A stretch of 63,985 nucleotides of DNA, filler included, from Candidatus Hydrogenedentota bacterium (GTDB lineage: Bacteria; JBFMHD01), in NCBI GenBank assembly GCA_040752395.1. It is 5 parts of 5 records of this genome, joined end to end, with 100 filler letters (N's around TTAATTAATTAA, not from the genome) between each part and the next. Parts side by side here need not be neighbours in the genome. Positions count along the whole stretch, not along the records: positions 26,333 to 36,039 come from JBFMHD010000100.1; positions 36,140 to 45,819 come from JBFMHD010000101.1; 3 more parts are not named here. One strand, given 5' to 3'. The first letter of the stretch is position 1. Every line of letters begins with the position of its first letter. Below the pieces are notes generated by a model. The model saw only the letters and a list, made by a program, of their open reading frames with translations, did not search any database and had not been told where the DNA came from. Positions 28,887 to 37,024 of the stretch are shown here, piece by piece. Position numbers and translations under genes: made by a program.

Positions 28887-30188
28887 TTATTCAGTCTCAT
28901 CTAAAATCGCCTGAGCCTCTTTTTGTAAAGCTATAATAGCTTCTTTTGCACCTTTTTTGTTTTCCCAGACGTACTGGAGCTGTTTCCCGAGTTTTTCATC
29001 TATCCTTGTCCATTTAACATTCGTTGGTGTAGGGGCAGAATACTCAATCGAATCAAGAAAGACCCTGGCATTGATTTTCTGCGGTAGAGCAGGTGCGTTA
29101 ATAAAATCATCTGAGCTAGCGATAGATTTGATTGATGGTATAGCATGTCCGCTTCTTGCAGTAGCTTTCTGACCCACAGGTCCAGTTAAATATTTAACGA
29201 GTCTCCAGGCTTCATCTGGATGTTTAGAGGTTTTAGCGATAGAATAAGCGACTGTAAACAGGGTTGCGAACCTCTTGTTTTTCGATGGCAGCACCGCTAC
29301 ATCCCAATCAAAATCTTTAATATCTTTGAACTGCATACACATCCATCTGCCGTATGTACACATAGCAGCTTTACCGGTCATAAATATGGCGCTCGGTGAT
29401 TTATCGCGCGTAACCTGTGTTGCAGGTGCAACTTTGTGTTTATATATCAGGTCTGCTAAAAACTGGATAGCTTCAGCATTTTTATCTATGTATTCCGGGT
29501 CGCCTAATAACCATTTCTTATTATCTTCAGAAATAATTTTTCCGCCATTCTGATAAATCCATGGCATATATTCACCTAACCAGGTTTCAACCACGAACCC
29601 GTACTGGTCAATAGTACCATCGCCTTCAAAATCTTTAGTTAAAGCTTTGCAGGCATTCAGGAAATCATCCCAGGTCCATTTATCAGTTGGATAATCTACT
29701 TTTGATGCGTTAAACAAATCTTTGTTGTAGTACAATACAAGTGTAGTAAAGTCTTTGGGGATACCATAATACTTGTCATTCCATTTAAAATGAGGCAATA
29801 ATTGAGAATAGAAATCATCTAATGAAAATTGATCTTTTTCTATATATGGTGTCAGATCAAGTAATTGGTCTCTTGATGCATAATCCGGGAAATTCTCAAG
29901 CGACATATACATAACATCAGGTGGTGTCCTGCCGGCAAACATAGTTTTTAATGCCTGCTGATAATCATTTTTATGAATAATTTTTACATCTATATCTGAG
30001 TTTTCAGTTTTAAACTGTTCTATATATCCTTTTACGGTCTCGAGTTCATCTGGTGCACCCCACATCATAAATTCGATAGTAACTTTAGCACCTGTTTGTG
30101 GTTGCGTTGGTTCTTCTTTTGTTTTTTTACCACAGGAGAAATAAATCAAGGAACTTAAGATAACCAGACTAATAAAAATCTTTCGCAT
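28887..30188 (-). CDS. Sugar ABC transporter substrate-binding lipoprotein (paralogue)
   Basis: Lipobox FSC; YGIPKDFTTLVLYYNKDLF; strongly similar to the neighbouring SBP. Confidence 0.93.
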   Translation of the reverse strand: MRKIFISLVILSSLIYFSCGKKTKEEPTQPQTGAKVTIEFMMWGAPDELETVKGYIEQFKTENSDIDVKIIHKNDYQQALKTMFAGRTPPDVMYMSLENFPDYASRDQLLDLTPYIEKDQFSLDDFYSQLLPHFKWNDKYYGIPKDFTTLVLYYNKDLFNASKVDYPTDKWTWDDFLNACKALTKDFEGDGTIDQYGFVVETWLGEYMPWIYQNGGKIISEDNKKWLLGDPEYIDKNAEAIQFLADLIYKHKVAPATQVTRDKSPSAIFMTGKAAMCTYGRWMCMQFKDIKDFDWDVAVLPSKNKRFATLFTVAYSIAKTSKHPDEAWRLVKYLTGPVGQKATARSGHAIPSIKSIASSDDFINAPALPQKINARVFLDSIEYSAPTPTNVKWTRIDEKLGKQLQYVWENKKGAKEAIIALQKEAQAILDETE

Positions 30189-30218
30189 AAAAAACCTCCT
30201 ATAACTGTTTTCATATCA

Positions 30219-30543
30219 CTCCTCTGAAAAACTTTGTAACTATAATAATATCAAGTAGAAGCAAGAAGCAAGATAACGGAAGAAGTGAGAGGTATCAGGA
30301 CAGGCTACAGGCTACGGGCTACAGCCGGCTGGAGCCAAAAGCCCAAAGCCTGCTGAAAAGTCTTGAGTCTTGAGTCTTGAGTCTTGAGTCTCGAGTCCTG
30401 TTTTGACTCACGACTTGCGACTCACGACTCACGACTCTTTTTATATCATCTTTAGTTTTTCATCCTTTGTGTACCCCGTTAGAGAACCTAAGTCAACTTA
30501 TATGTCAACAAAATAACTTTCTCTAAGGGCGTGTAGAGCGCGA
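30219..30543 (-). repeat. Modular repeat copy R12 (near full length, with nested insertion)
   Basis: Linker, GAGTCGT x4, GACTCAA array, GGCT/TAGCC, ACTTC, TTGCTTC, cap. Confidence 0.93.
30474..30531. mobile_element. 58-bp mini-insertion with 12-bp imperfect IR and TGTA target duplication
   Basis: TGTA|CCCCGTTAGAGA...TCTCTAAGGGCG|TGTA; R10 and R14 show the empty site TTTGTGTAGA. Confidence 0.75.
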
Positions 30544-30575
30544 CTTGGGCTAATGTTGACACCTCTAAAAAGTTT

Positions 30576-31832
30576 CTATCCTTTAAGCCCTGTCATAACG
30601 ATCCCGCGAACAAAGAACCGCTGCCCAAATACATAAACAATAATCATCGGTGCTAATACAATCATACTTGCTGCCATCATGTACGCAGTTTGTGAATGAT
30701 ATTGGCCCTGGAAATAGCTCAATCCAACAGGGAGTGTGTATTTGCTTTCTGTTTTTAAATAAATCAATGGTCCCATAAAATCATTATAAGTTCCGATAAA
30801 TGTAAAAATGCCGAGGGTAGCAAGTGCAGGAAGCGATAACGGTAAAAATATCCGCCAGTAAATCCCGAACCGGCTGCAGCCGTCAATAATCGCGGCTTCC
30901 TCAAGTTCTTTTGGTATCGTCATAAAAAACTGGCGCAGCATAAAGACACCATAAGTTGAAAATAAACCTGGTACTATTAAAGCATAAAATGTATCCATCC
31001 AGCCGAGTTTTTCAATTATAATGAACGTCGGGATCATTGTCACGGGGAATGGTATCATCATAGTTCCGAGGTAGAGTAAAAAGAGTTTATCGCGTCCTGG
31101 AAAATTTATCCGTGCAAACGAGTAAGCTGCCAGTGAACTTGTGAATAATACACCGAATGTTATAGCCAGTGAAACCATTATACTGTTAATATACATTCTG
31201 CCAAAGGGTGCAACCCCCCATGCTTCTTTGTAGTTCCGCCACCGAAACCACATAACTTTCTTTGGTTTCAAATCAAGCGGGTCGGACACGGTCTCGTTGT
31301 CAAGCTCAAAAACAGGTAACGGTTTAACAGTAAGAACCGTGAACTTATCCGGTATACCACCGGTTAATGATTTCAATTCATCAAGTTGAGCAATAGATAT
31401 TGCGCGAGAATCAGTTGTTTCAAAATCCTGGATAATTAAATAAGTTTTACCAAGTGACCGGGATTTGTCTTTAACCAGCCGGAATTCCATCTTTTCAGTT
31501 TCTCGGATCAGACTAAAGTATGATACATTAAGTTGTGATTTAATTTTCCGAACAGTATATCCTTCCTTCTCTTTTTTAATAAGCAGATATATTTCGCCAG
31601 TTGATTTACTTTGCATAACCTGAAGCAATTTACCGTTGTACATTACACGAAGCATAACGCGTGGGGTCCATTCAGGCGGTAACGTCTGGGTTGAGCCTTC
31701 TTCTTTAAGTGAGGTGCTGATAGTCCAGACAATAGGAGCTAGCATCAGGATGCTCCCTGCGATAAGAAATAGATAAGAAAATATTTTTTTTAGAATTTCT
31801 TGTGTCTTTAATGATTTGTAGTACTCAGCCAT
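30576..31832 (-). CDS. Carbohydrate ABC permease (MalG-like) with a large extracytoplasmic insertion
   Basis: EAA motif ELEEAAIIDG; AAYSFAR; C-terminal FVRGIVMTGLKG. Confidence 0.92.
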   Translation of the reverse strand: MAEYYKSLKTQEILKKIFSYLFLIAGSILMLAPIVWTISTSLKEEGSTQTLPPEWTPRVMLRVMYNGKLLQVMQSKSTGEIYLLIKKEKEGYTVRKIKSQLNVSYFSLIRETEKMEFRLVKDKSRSLGKTYLIIQDFETTDSRAISIAQLDELKSLTGGIPDKFTVLTVKPLPVFELDNETVSDPLDLKPKKVMWFRWRNYKEAWGVAPFGRMYINSIMVSLAITFGVLFTSSLAAYSFARINFPGRDKLFLLYLGTMMIPFPVTMIPTFIIIEKLGWMDTFYALIVPGLFSTYGVFMLRQFFMTIPKELEEAAIIDGCSRFGIYWRIFLPLSLPALATLGIFTFIGTYNDFMGPLIYLKTESKYTLPVGLSYFQGQYHSQTAYMMAASMIVLAPMIIVYVFGQRFFVRGIVMTGLKG

Positions 31833-31834
31833 AG

Positions 31835-32809
31835 TTAGATCTCAAATTTTTGACCAAGATATTTCCACTGTATCCATGTAGCACTGAAAATCATTACAAA
31901 TAGTACCCAGGACAATGCCGCAGCATAACCCATTCGAAACCAAACAAAGGCATTCTGGTATATATAATAGACAATGGTAGTGGTGGAATCGCCTGGTCCA
32001 CCACCAGTCATTACGTAAATCTCACCGAACATCTGTAACCCGCCAATAATACTCATAATAATAATAAAAAAGTTTACAGGCCGTAGCATAGGGAGCGTTA
32101 TGTTCCAGAATTTATCAAAGGAAGTAGCACCATCAACATCACCTGCTTCATATAACTCCTGATTAATCCCCTGAAGTGCTGCGAGATAAAGTAACATATT
32201 ATATCCTGCACTTTTCCATATTAACATCAACATAATAGCAGGTTTAGCCCAGAGAGTTGAGCTTAGCCACTGAGGTAAGTTTTCTTTAGCTACACCTAAA
32301 ATCTGAAGTATACCATTAAGTAATCCATATTCAGGGTTGTATATCCAGCGCCATAAGATAGCGCAGGCAACCATCGAGGAGATTACCGGCAAAAAATATA
32401 TTGTCCGAAATACAACTATCCCTTTTAGTTTTTGATTCATAGCTAATGCTAAAGCAAGCGAGACCGCCATACCAATCGGTATCATCAACATAAAATAGAG
32501 TGTGTTACCCAAGAAATACCAGAGACATTTATCTCCTAAATAGTTCCAGAAACATAGGATATTCGACGTTGCGTAACCATCAGCATCAAACTGAAACAGG
32601 AGTTTATAAATATTTTTAAACCCAATAAAATATTTTTTCATAAACTCAGCCACACTATCAGTATCACCAAATAAATCATAACTGGTAAAACTTAGAAATA
32701 AAGAAATAAGAACTGGTAGCAGAACAAAGGTAATAAACCCTATTATATTAGGCAGCAGAAAAACATATCCTGTTATTGCCTCTTTTGTTTTTTTAGTTTT
32801 TACAAACAT
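31835..32809 (-). CDS. Carbohydrate ABC permease (MalF-like)
   Basis: Motifs FRTIYFLP, ELYEAGDVDGA and GYAAALS; the ORF-track extension to 32851 lies in repeat DNA. Confidence 0.92.
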   Translation of the reverse strand: MFVKTKKTKEAITGYVFLLPNIIGFITFVLLPVLISLFLSFTSYDLFGDTDSVAEFMKKYFIGFKNIYKLLFQFDADGYATSNILCFWNYLGDKCLWYFLGNTLYFMLMIPIGMAVSLALALAMNQKLKGIVVFRTIYFLPVISSMVACAILWRWIYNPEYGLLNGILQILGVAKENLPQWLSSTLWAKPAIMLMLIWKSAGYNMLLYLAALQGINQELYEAGDVDGATSFDKFWNITLPMLRPVNFFIIIMSIIGGLQMFGEIYVMTGGGPGDSTTTIVYYIYQNAFVWFRMGYAAALSWVLFVMIFSATWIQWKYLGQKFEI

Positions 32810-32811
32810 TA

Positions 32812-32947
32812 TCGCTTCGCTCCATTGCAAATTGCAAATATTGAGTTGCAAATTTCTTCACAATCTTTTGCCGTTTTGTTTCTTTCATTCAATTTCCAAT
32901 TTCCAATTCGATCGACTATCTTGCTTCTTGCTTCTTAATCCTACCTA
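32812..32947. repeat. Repeat copy R13 (TCGCTTCGCTCCATTG plus TTGCAAA array; TTGCTTC arm)
   Basis: Left block is a near reverse complement of 54481-54514; right block of 25894-25924. Confidence 0.8.
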
Positions 32948-33008
32948 ATACTTGAGTATAATCATTAAACTATCAGCGTGTCAAGAACGAAAATTGTGAG
33001 ATTTAATG

Positions 33009-33719
33009 TTAATATTTAGTTGCGAGTCCGAAACTGAAGACATTCTCGTCACCGATTCTAAGTTCTCCGTTCAAAACCCAGGTCTTTGTTATTGCTAACT
33101 CTACCCCTAAAAACCCACCAAAATTATGTTTCGGGTCTGTTTCCTGTAAACCTTCTAATCTCAGATCAGCTTGTGAATATTTCCCACCGCCATAAAACGT
33201 CAGTTTATCATAAAACGTTCGATGAGCGATGAGTGAGGTCTGCCACTGCACCCATTCACTGTCATCTACCACAACACCATTTATCAATCCGAACCCTTTA
33301 GTTCCTCCCTTTGTAGCATCTGCACTGAGACTTAATTGTATATTATTATCTAAAGATAAAAAGTTCCATCTTAATCCGAGTAGATAAAAGAAGCCAATAG
33401 AACCATTGAACCCATTATCCACATTTATTTCAGATAGACCGGCGCCTAATCTGACAAACACATTATCAGTTATACCGATACCCCAATCAATAAGAGTTGG
33501 GTTCATACTGAGTTTGTATTTGTTTTGTAATTCAGTTTTTGTTATGTCTACATAAAGCGAGGTAAATCTTGTGCCTTTTTCGTTTAGTGATATAACTTTA
33601 CCTGGTGAAATCGGATATAATTTCGAGGTTGATATTAATAGAAGCAAGAAGCAAGTGGCAAGGAGTAGGTATTTTTGTGTATAAGTAGGGTTAATGTTTT
33701 TTTGTTTTACTTTCAACAT
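33009..33719 (-). CDS. Putative outer-membrane beta-barrel protein
   Basis: Signal-like hydrophobic stretch; alternating beta-strand pattern; terminal aromatic residue (FGLATKY). Confidence 0.7.
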   Translation of the reverse strand: MLKVKQKNINPTYTQKYLLLATCFLLLLISTSKLYPISPGKVISLNEKGTRFTSLYVDITKTELQNKYKLSMNPTLIDWGIGITDNVFVRLGAGLSEINVDNGFNGSIGFFYLLGLRWNFLSLDNNIQLSLSADATKGGTKGFGLINGVVVDDSEWVQWQTSLIAHRTFYDKLTFYGGGKYSQADLRLEGLQETDPKHNFGGFLGVELAITKTWVLNGELRIGDENVFSFGLATKY

Positions 33720-34047
33720 ATTTTAGTATTTTTTTTCTATCTTGTTCTTTAATTTTCCTAAAAGTAAACCCAATATCATACTTACCCGAGTAAAGTTCTT
33801 CAACTCTTACAACTCTTACTATAGTTTTGATTGTTTTTTTGACACCTGGCAATTTCAAATCCATTTTTAGTTCGGAAGATATAGTAATAGGCTGATCCAT
33901 TTCCACAAGTAATCCGCCACCACCTATATTTTTAGTAACTCGACCCAGTACCTCTCTAATAGGAATAGTTTCATCGTGCGGGAGCTCATACCACGATAAA
34001 ACGTTCGAATCAAGTCTATAATATTTTCTTCTCTCGTATCCCATCAT
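33691..34047 (-). CDS. PilZ domain protein
   Basis: ERRKYYR (RxxxR) and NIGGGG. Confidence 0.9.
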   Translation of the reverse strand: MMGYERRKYYRLDSNVLSWYELPHDETIPIREVLGRVTKNIGGGGLLVEMDQPITISSELKMDLKLPGVKKTIKTIVRVVRVEELYSGKYDIGFTFRKIKEQDRKKILKYVESKTKKH

Positions 34048-34054
34048 ACATAGA

Positions 34055-34372
34055 CTCCTCTGAAAAACGCTGTAATTCTAATAATTTGGGCTACAGGCTA
34101 CGGACTACAGCCGGCTGGAGCCCCCTATGAAAAGTCTTGAGTCTTGAGTCTCGAGTCCTGTTTTGACTCACGACTTGCGACTCGCGACTCTTTTCATATC
34201 ATCTTTAGTTTTTCATCCTTTGTGTAGAACGCAAAAACCCAAAAACGCAATAACCCAATAACCCAATAGTGTAGAGCGCAAACCACGCTCATGACTCCTC
34301 TGAAAAAGTAAGAAATGAAAAGTAGCAGTAAAATGGAGGATGCAGAAATAATCTTTTAATCTTTGAATCTCT
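34055..34372 (-). repeat. Modular repeat copy R14 (near full length)
   Basis: AAGATT octamers, mini-cap, GGGTTATT array, linker, GAGTC/GACTC, CAGCCGGCTG, TAGCC, cap before PilZ. Confidence 0.93.
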
Positions 34373-34380
34373 CAATATTT

Positions 34381-34767
34381 TTATCTCTGCGCGAATGACA
34401 CCCTCTCAAGTATCACACACACTCTTTCAAGTATCGCCCCTAACTTTGTCATATCTTCACTTAACATTCTAAACCCTTCCCGTTGTCCCTCCTCTATCTT
34501 TACCAGTATTTGTGCCACTTCTCTCTGCACATTAAGAGATGTATTCTGGACATCAAGTGACGTCTTCTGGACATCAAGTGATGTCTTCTGAACATCAAGT
34601 GACGTCTTCTGAACATCAAGTGACGTCTTCTGAACATCAAGTGACGTCTTCTGAACATCAAGCATAGATTTTAATATTTTACTATTCTCTTTCCTTACAT
34701 CACGAATAAACCAGGCTATTGTAACACACCCTGCTACAAGCGTTATCATTGTTATAACCCATTCCAT
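34381..34767 (-). CDS. Small membrane-anchored coiled-coil protein with SLDVQKT heptad repeats
   Basis: N-terminal TM helix; 7 heptads; AGGAG RBS. Confidence 0.8.
   Translation of the reverse strand: MEWVITMITLVAGCVTIAWFIRDVRKENSKILKSMLDVQKTSLDVQKTSLDVQKTSLDVQKTSLDVQKTSLDVQNTSLNVQREVAQILVKIEEGQREGFRMLSEDMTKLGAILERVCVILERVSFAQR
34523..34662. repeat. 21-bp coding tandem repeat
   Basis: TTCTGRACATCAAGTGAYGTC, about 5.7 near-perfect copies plus one degenerate copy. Confidence 0.95.
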
Positions 34768-34782
34768 AATAACTCCTATGAC

Positions 34783-34865
34783 AAGTCTTGAGTCCTGGGT
34801 TCTGAGTCCCTTTAATGTAATTCAAATGACTAAAGACTGATAACTCAAGACTTATGACTCACGAG
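34783..34865. repeat. Inverted heptamer arrays R15 (GAGTCYT / AAGACTY)
   Basis: AAGTCTTGAGTCCTGGGTTCTGAGTC ... GACTAAAGACTGATAACTCAAGACTT. Confidence 0.75.
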
Positions 34866-34870
34866 TTTGG

Positions 34871-35128
34871 TTACGCTGGCACCACTGCGACTGATACATA
34901 CTTTTTGTTTCTTCTTGTAAAAAATTTTACTATGCCGTTTTTTAAAGCAAATAAAGTATCATCACGGCCGCAACTAACATTTGGACCTGGATGAATCTTT
35001 GTTCCACGCTGTCTCACAATAATAGTACCCTCTCTAACCAATTCACCACCAAATCGCTTCACACCTAAATACTGCGGATTCGAATCTCTGCCATTTCTTG
35101 ATGAACCCATGCCTTTTTTATGTGCCAT
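34871..35128 (-). CDS. rpmA: 50S ribosomal protein L27
   Basis: [16 protein letters not shown] and IIVRQRGT. Confidence 0.98.
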   Translation of the reverse strand: MAHKKGMGSSRNGRDSNPQYLGVKRFGGELVREGTIIVRQRGTKIHPGPNVSCGRDDTLFALKNGIVKFFTRRNKKYVSVAVVPA

Positions 35129-35131
35129 AAG

Positions 35132-35458
35132 TCACTCCTCTGTTATCTCTTTGATTTTAATAAAACCTCGATAACTATTATAAATACCCTTTAATCCCAA
35201 TACAGATGAATCTAATAATAGTTTAATCTTTTTATCAGCTAAATCTTTTTCTGTCAATACTACTTTAAATATACCCTCCTGGCCCTCAATTACGCCTGAA
35301 AATTCTGTTAGTCTTACAAGGCTATGGCCTAACTGCTGACATATCGCCGATACACCCGCACATATAATATCCTGCCCCTTATCATCAAAATAAGAATGTC
35401 CGCTTACTTTCAAAGAAGAGATATTGTTATCTTTATATACTATTTCAATATATATCAT
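35132..35458 (-). CDS. prp: Ribosomal-processing cysteine protease Prp (YsxB/DUF464)
   Basis: VSGHS...DIICAGVSAI; located between rplU and rpmA. Confidence 0.9.
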   Translation of the reverse strand: MIYIEIVYKDNNISSLKVSGHSYFDDKGQDIICAGVSAICQQLGHSLVRLTEFSGVIEGQEGIFKVVLTEKDLADKKIKLLLDSSVLGLKGIYNSYRGFIKIKEITEE

Positions 35459-35769
35459 TCAATAGAAATTTTATCAATTACTAATTTAGTATAATTCTGT
35501 CTGTGTCCGCGTTTTCTCCTGTATTTGGTCCTTCTTTTATACTTAAAGATAATAATCTTATCGTCTTTTTTTTGTTCTACAATCTTTGCCAAAACCTTAG
35601 TGTTCTGTATAAAAGGGTTGCCGACTTTTACTCCTTTATCATCTTTTATAAGTAGTACTTCATTTATCTCTACAACATCTCCTTCTTTACCATCTATTCT
35701 TTCAACAAATATATTATCGCCCGGTGAAACTTTATACTGTTTCCCACCGGTTTTTATCACAGCATACAT
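35455..35769 (-). CDS. rplU: 50S ribosomal protein L21
   Basis: MYAVIKTGGKQYKV and GHRQNYT. Confidence 0.98.
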   Translation of the reverse strand: MYAVIKTGGKQYKVSPGDNIFVERIDGKEGDVVEINEVLLIKDDKGVKVGNPFIQNTKVLAKIVEQKKDDKIIIFKYKRRTKYRRKRGHRQNYTKLVIDKISIE

Positions 35770-35792
35770 TATTTTTTTCTCCTATCTATTTT

Positions 35793-36039
35793 TTATCTCA
35801 TTTCTTTTTTCCTGTCAAGCAAACGTTTATATAACTCTATATAACTGTCAATAACTTTATTCATTTGAAAATTTTCTTCAATATACTTTTTTGCTTCCTC
35901 TCCCATCTCTTTCCTTATTTCCTTATTTTGTATTAAATATTTTATTCTTTCTACAAATCCGTTTAAATCGCCCTGTTCTAATAAAAACCCTGTTTTCTTA
36001 TCAATCACAAGTTCACTAATGCCACCGACATTCGTTGAT
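35793..36039 (-). CDS. GT4 glycosyltransferase C-terminus (partial, contig edge)
   Basis: ..TNVGGISELVIDKKTGFL..MGEEAKKYIEENF. Confidence 0.8.
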
Positions 36040-36139
36040 NNNNNNNNNNNNNNNNNNNNNNNNNNNNNNNNNNNNNNNNNNNNTTAATTAATTAANNNNN
36101 NNNNNNNNNNNNNNNNNNNNNNNNNNNNNNNNNNNNNNN
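36040..36139. other. Artificial contig spacer
   Basis: N-run with TTAATTAATTAA. Confidence 0.99.
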
Positions 36140-36226
36140 GCCCGTCCTGACACCTCTCACTTCTTCCGTTATCTTGCTTCTTGCTTCTACTTGATATCAT
36201 TAGAGTTAGAATGTTTTTCAGAGGGG
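36140..36226 (+). repeat. Modular repeat copy R16 (3' part with cap), at the contig start
   Basis: CCTGACACCTCTCACTTCTTCCGTTATCTTGCTTC...TTTTCAGAGGGG before nuoJ. Confidence 0.9.
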
Positions 36227-36239
36227 GATAGTATCTAAA

Positions 36240-36722
36240 ATGACCATTAGCATCACTATTTTGCTTACAGTTCTGTTGATAGTTTCCGCAGGCTTTGTTG
36301 TTCTATCAAAGAATGTAGCAAGAAGCGCCTTCTTCTTATTGTTCACGTTTAGTTGTGTTGCCTGTTTTTATTCTATACTTGGTTGTAATTTTCTTGCTTG
36401 TGTCTGGGTGATGATTTATGTCGGTGGTATCCTTGTTCTTATTATTTTTGGCGTTATCATAACATACACTATACAAAATATTGGTTTTACACAAAAACAG
36501 AATCTAGTTCCTGGTATTATTATTTCTGTCTGTATGTTTATTGTTTTTCTTAAATTAATCTCATCTTCAGCCTGGCCAAAACTGAATATTACATCACAAG
36601 AAGTAAATCAGATAGCAGATACTTTACTCGGGCCGTATATGTTGCCGTTTGAAGCTGTCTCTATCCTTCTTCTTATATGTATGATCGGTGCTGCAACCAT
36701 CGCTCGAAGGAGACTCGAATGA
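36240..36722 (+). CDS. nuoJ: NADH-quinone oxidoreductase subunit J
   Basis: IYVGGILVL and YMLPFEAVSILLL. Confidence 0.92.
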   Translation: MTISITILLTVLLIVSAGFVVLSKNVARSAFFLLFTFSCVACFYSILGCNFLACVWVMIYVGGILVLIIFGVIITYTIQNIGFTQKQNLVPGIIISVCMFIVFLKLISSSAWPKLNITSQEVNQIADTLLGPYMLPFEAVSILLLICMIGAATIARRRLE

Positions 36723-37024
36723 TAACTACACAATGTATTCTTTTAGTATCTTCGATTTTATTTGTTCTTGGTCTTTTTGCTATTCTTTGCAGAAAAAACC
36801 TGGTTGCTGTTCTTATGGGTATCGAACTTATATTCAATTCTGCAAGCCTTAATTTTGTTCTTTTTGCTAATTCTTTTAGCAATCCAGTCGAAGGCATCAT
36901 ATTTGCAATCTTTATTATAACAATCGCTGCGGGTGAGGCCGCGGTTGCGCTTGCAATCGTCTTTAACATATTCCAGCTAACAGGTGAAGGAGATATAGAC
37001 AGTGCTGAATCTCTTAAATATTGA
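36719..37024 (+). CDS. nuoK: NADH-quinone oxidoreductase subunit K
   Basis: LMGIELIFNSA and AAGEAAVALAI; ATG 36719 overlaps the nuoJ stop. Confidence 0.93.
   Translation: MITTQCILLVSSILFVLGLFAILCRKNLVAVLMGIELIFNSASLNFVLFANSFSNPVEGIIFAIFIITIAAGEAAVALAIVFNIFQLTGEGDIDSAESLKY

Noticed and set aside
30219..30543. Modular repeats as CRISPR arrays
   Set aside because: Units are 7-8 bp with no unique 30-40 bp spacers, and no cas genes are present.
34523..34662. 21-bp repeat as a CRISPR array
   Set aside because: Contiguous units without spacers, in frame within a CDS.
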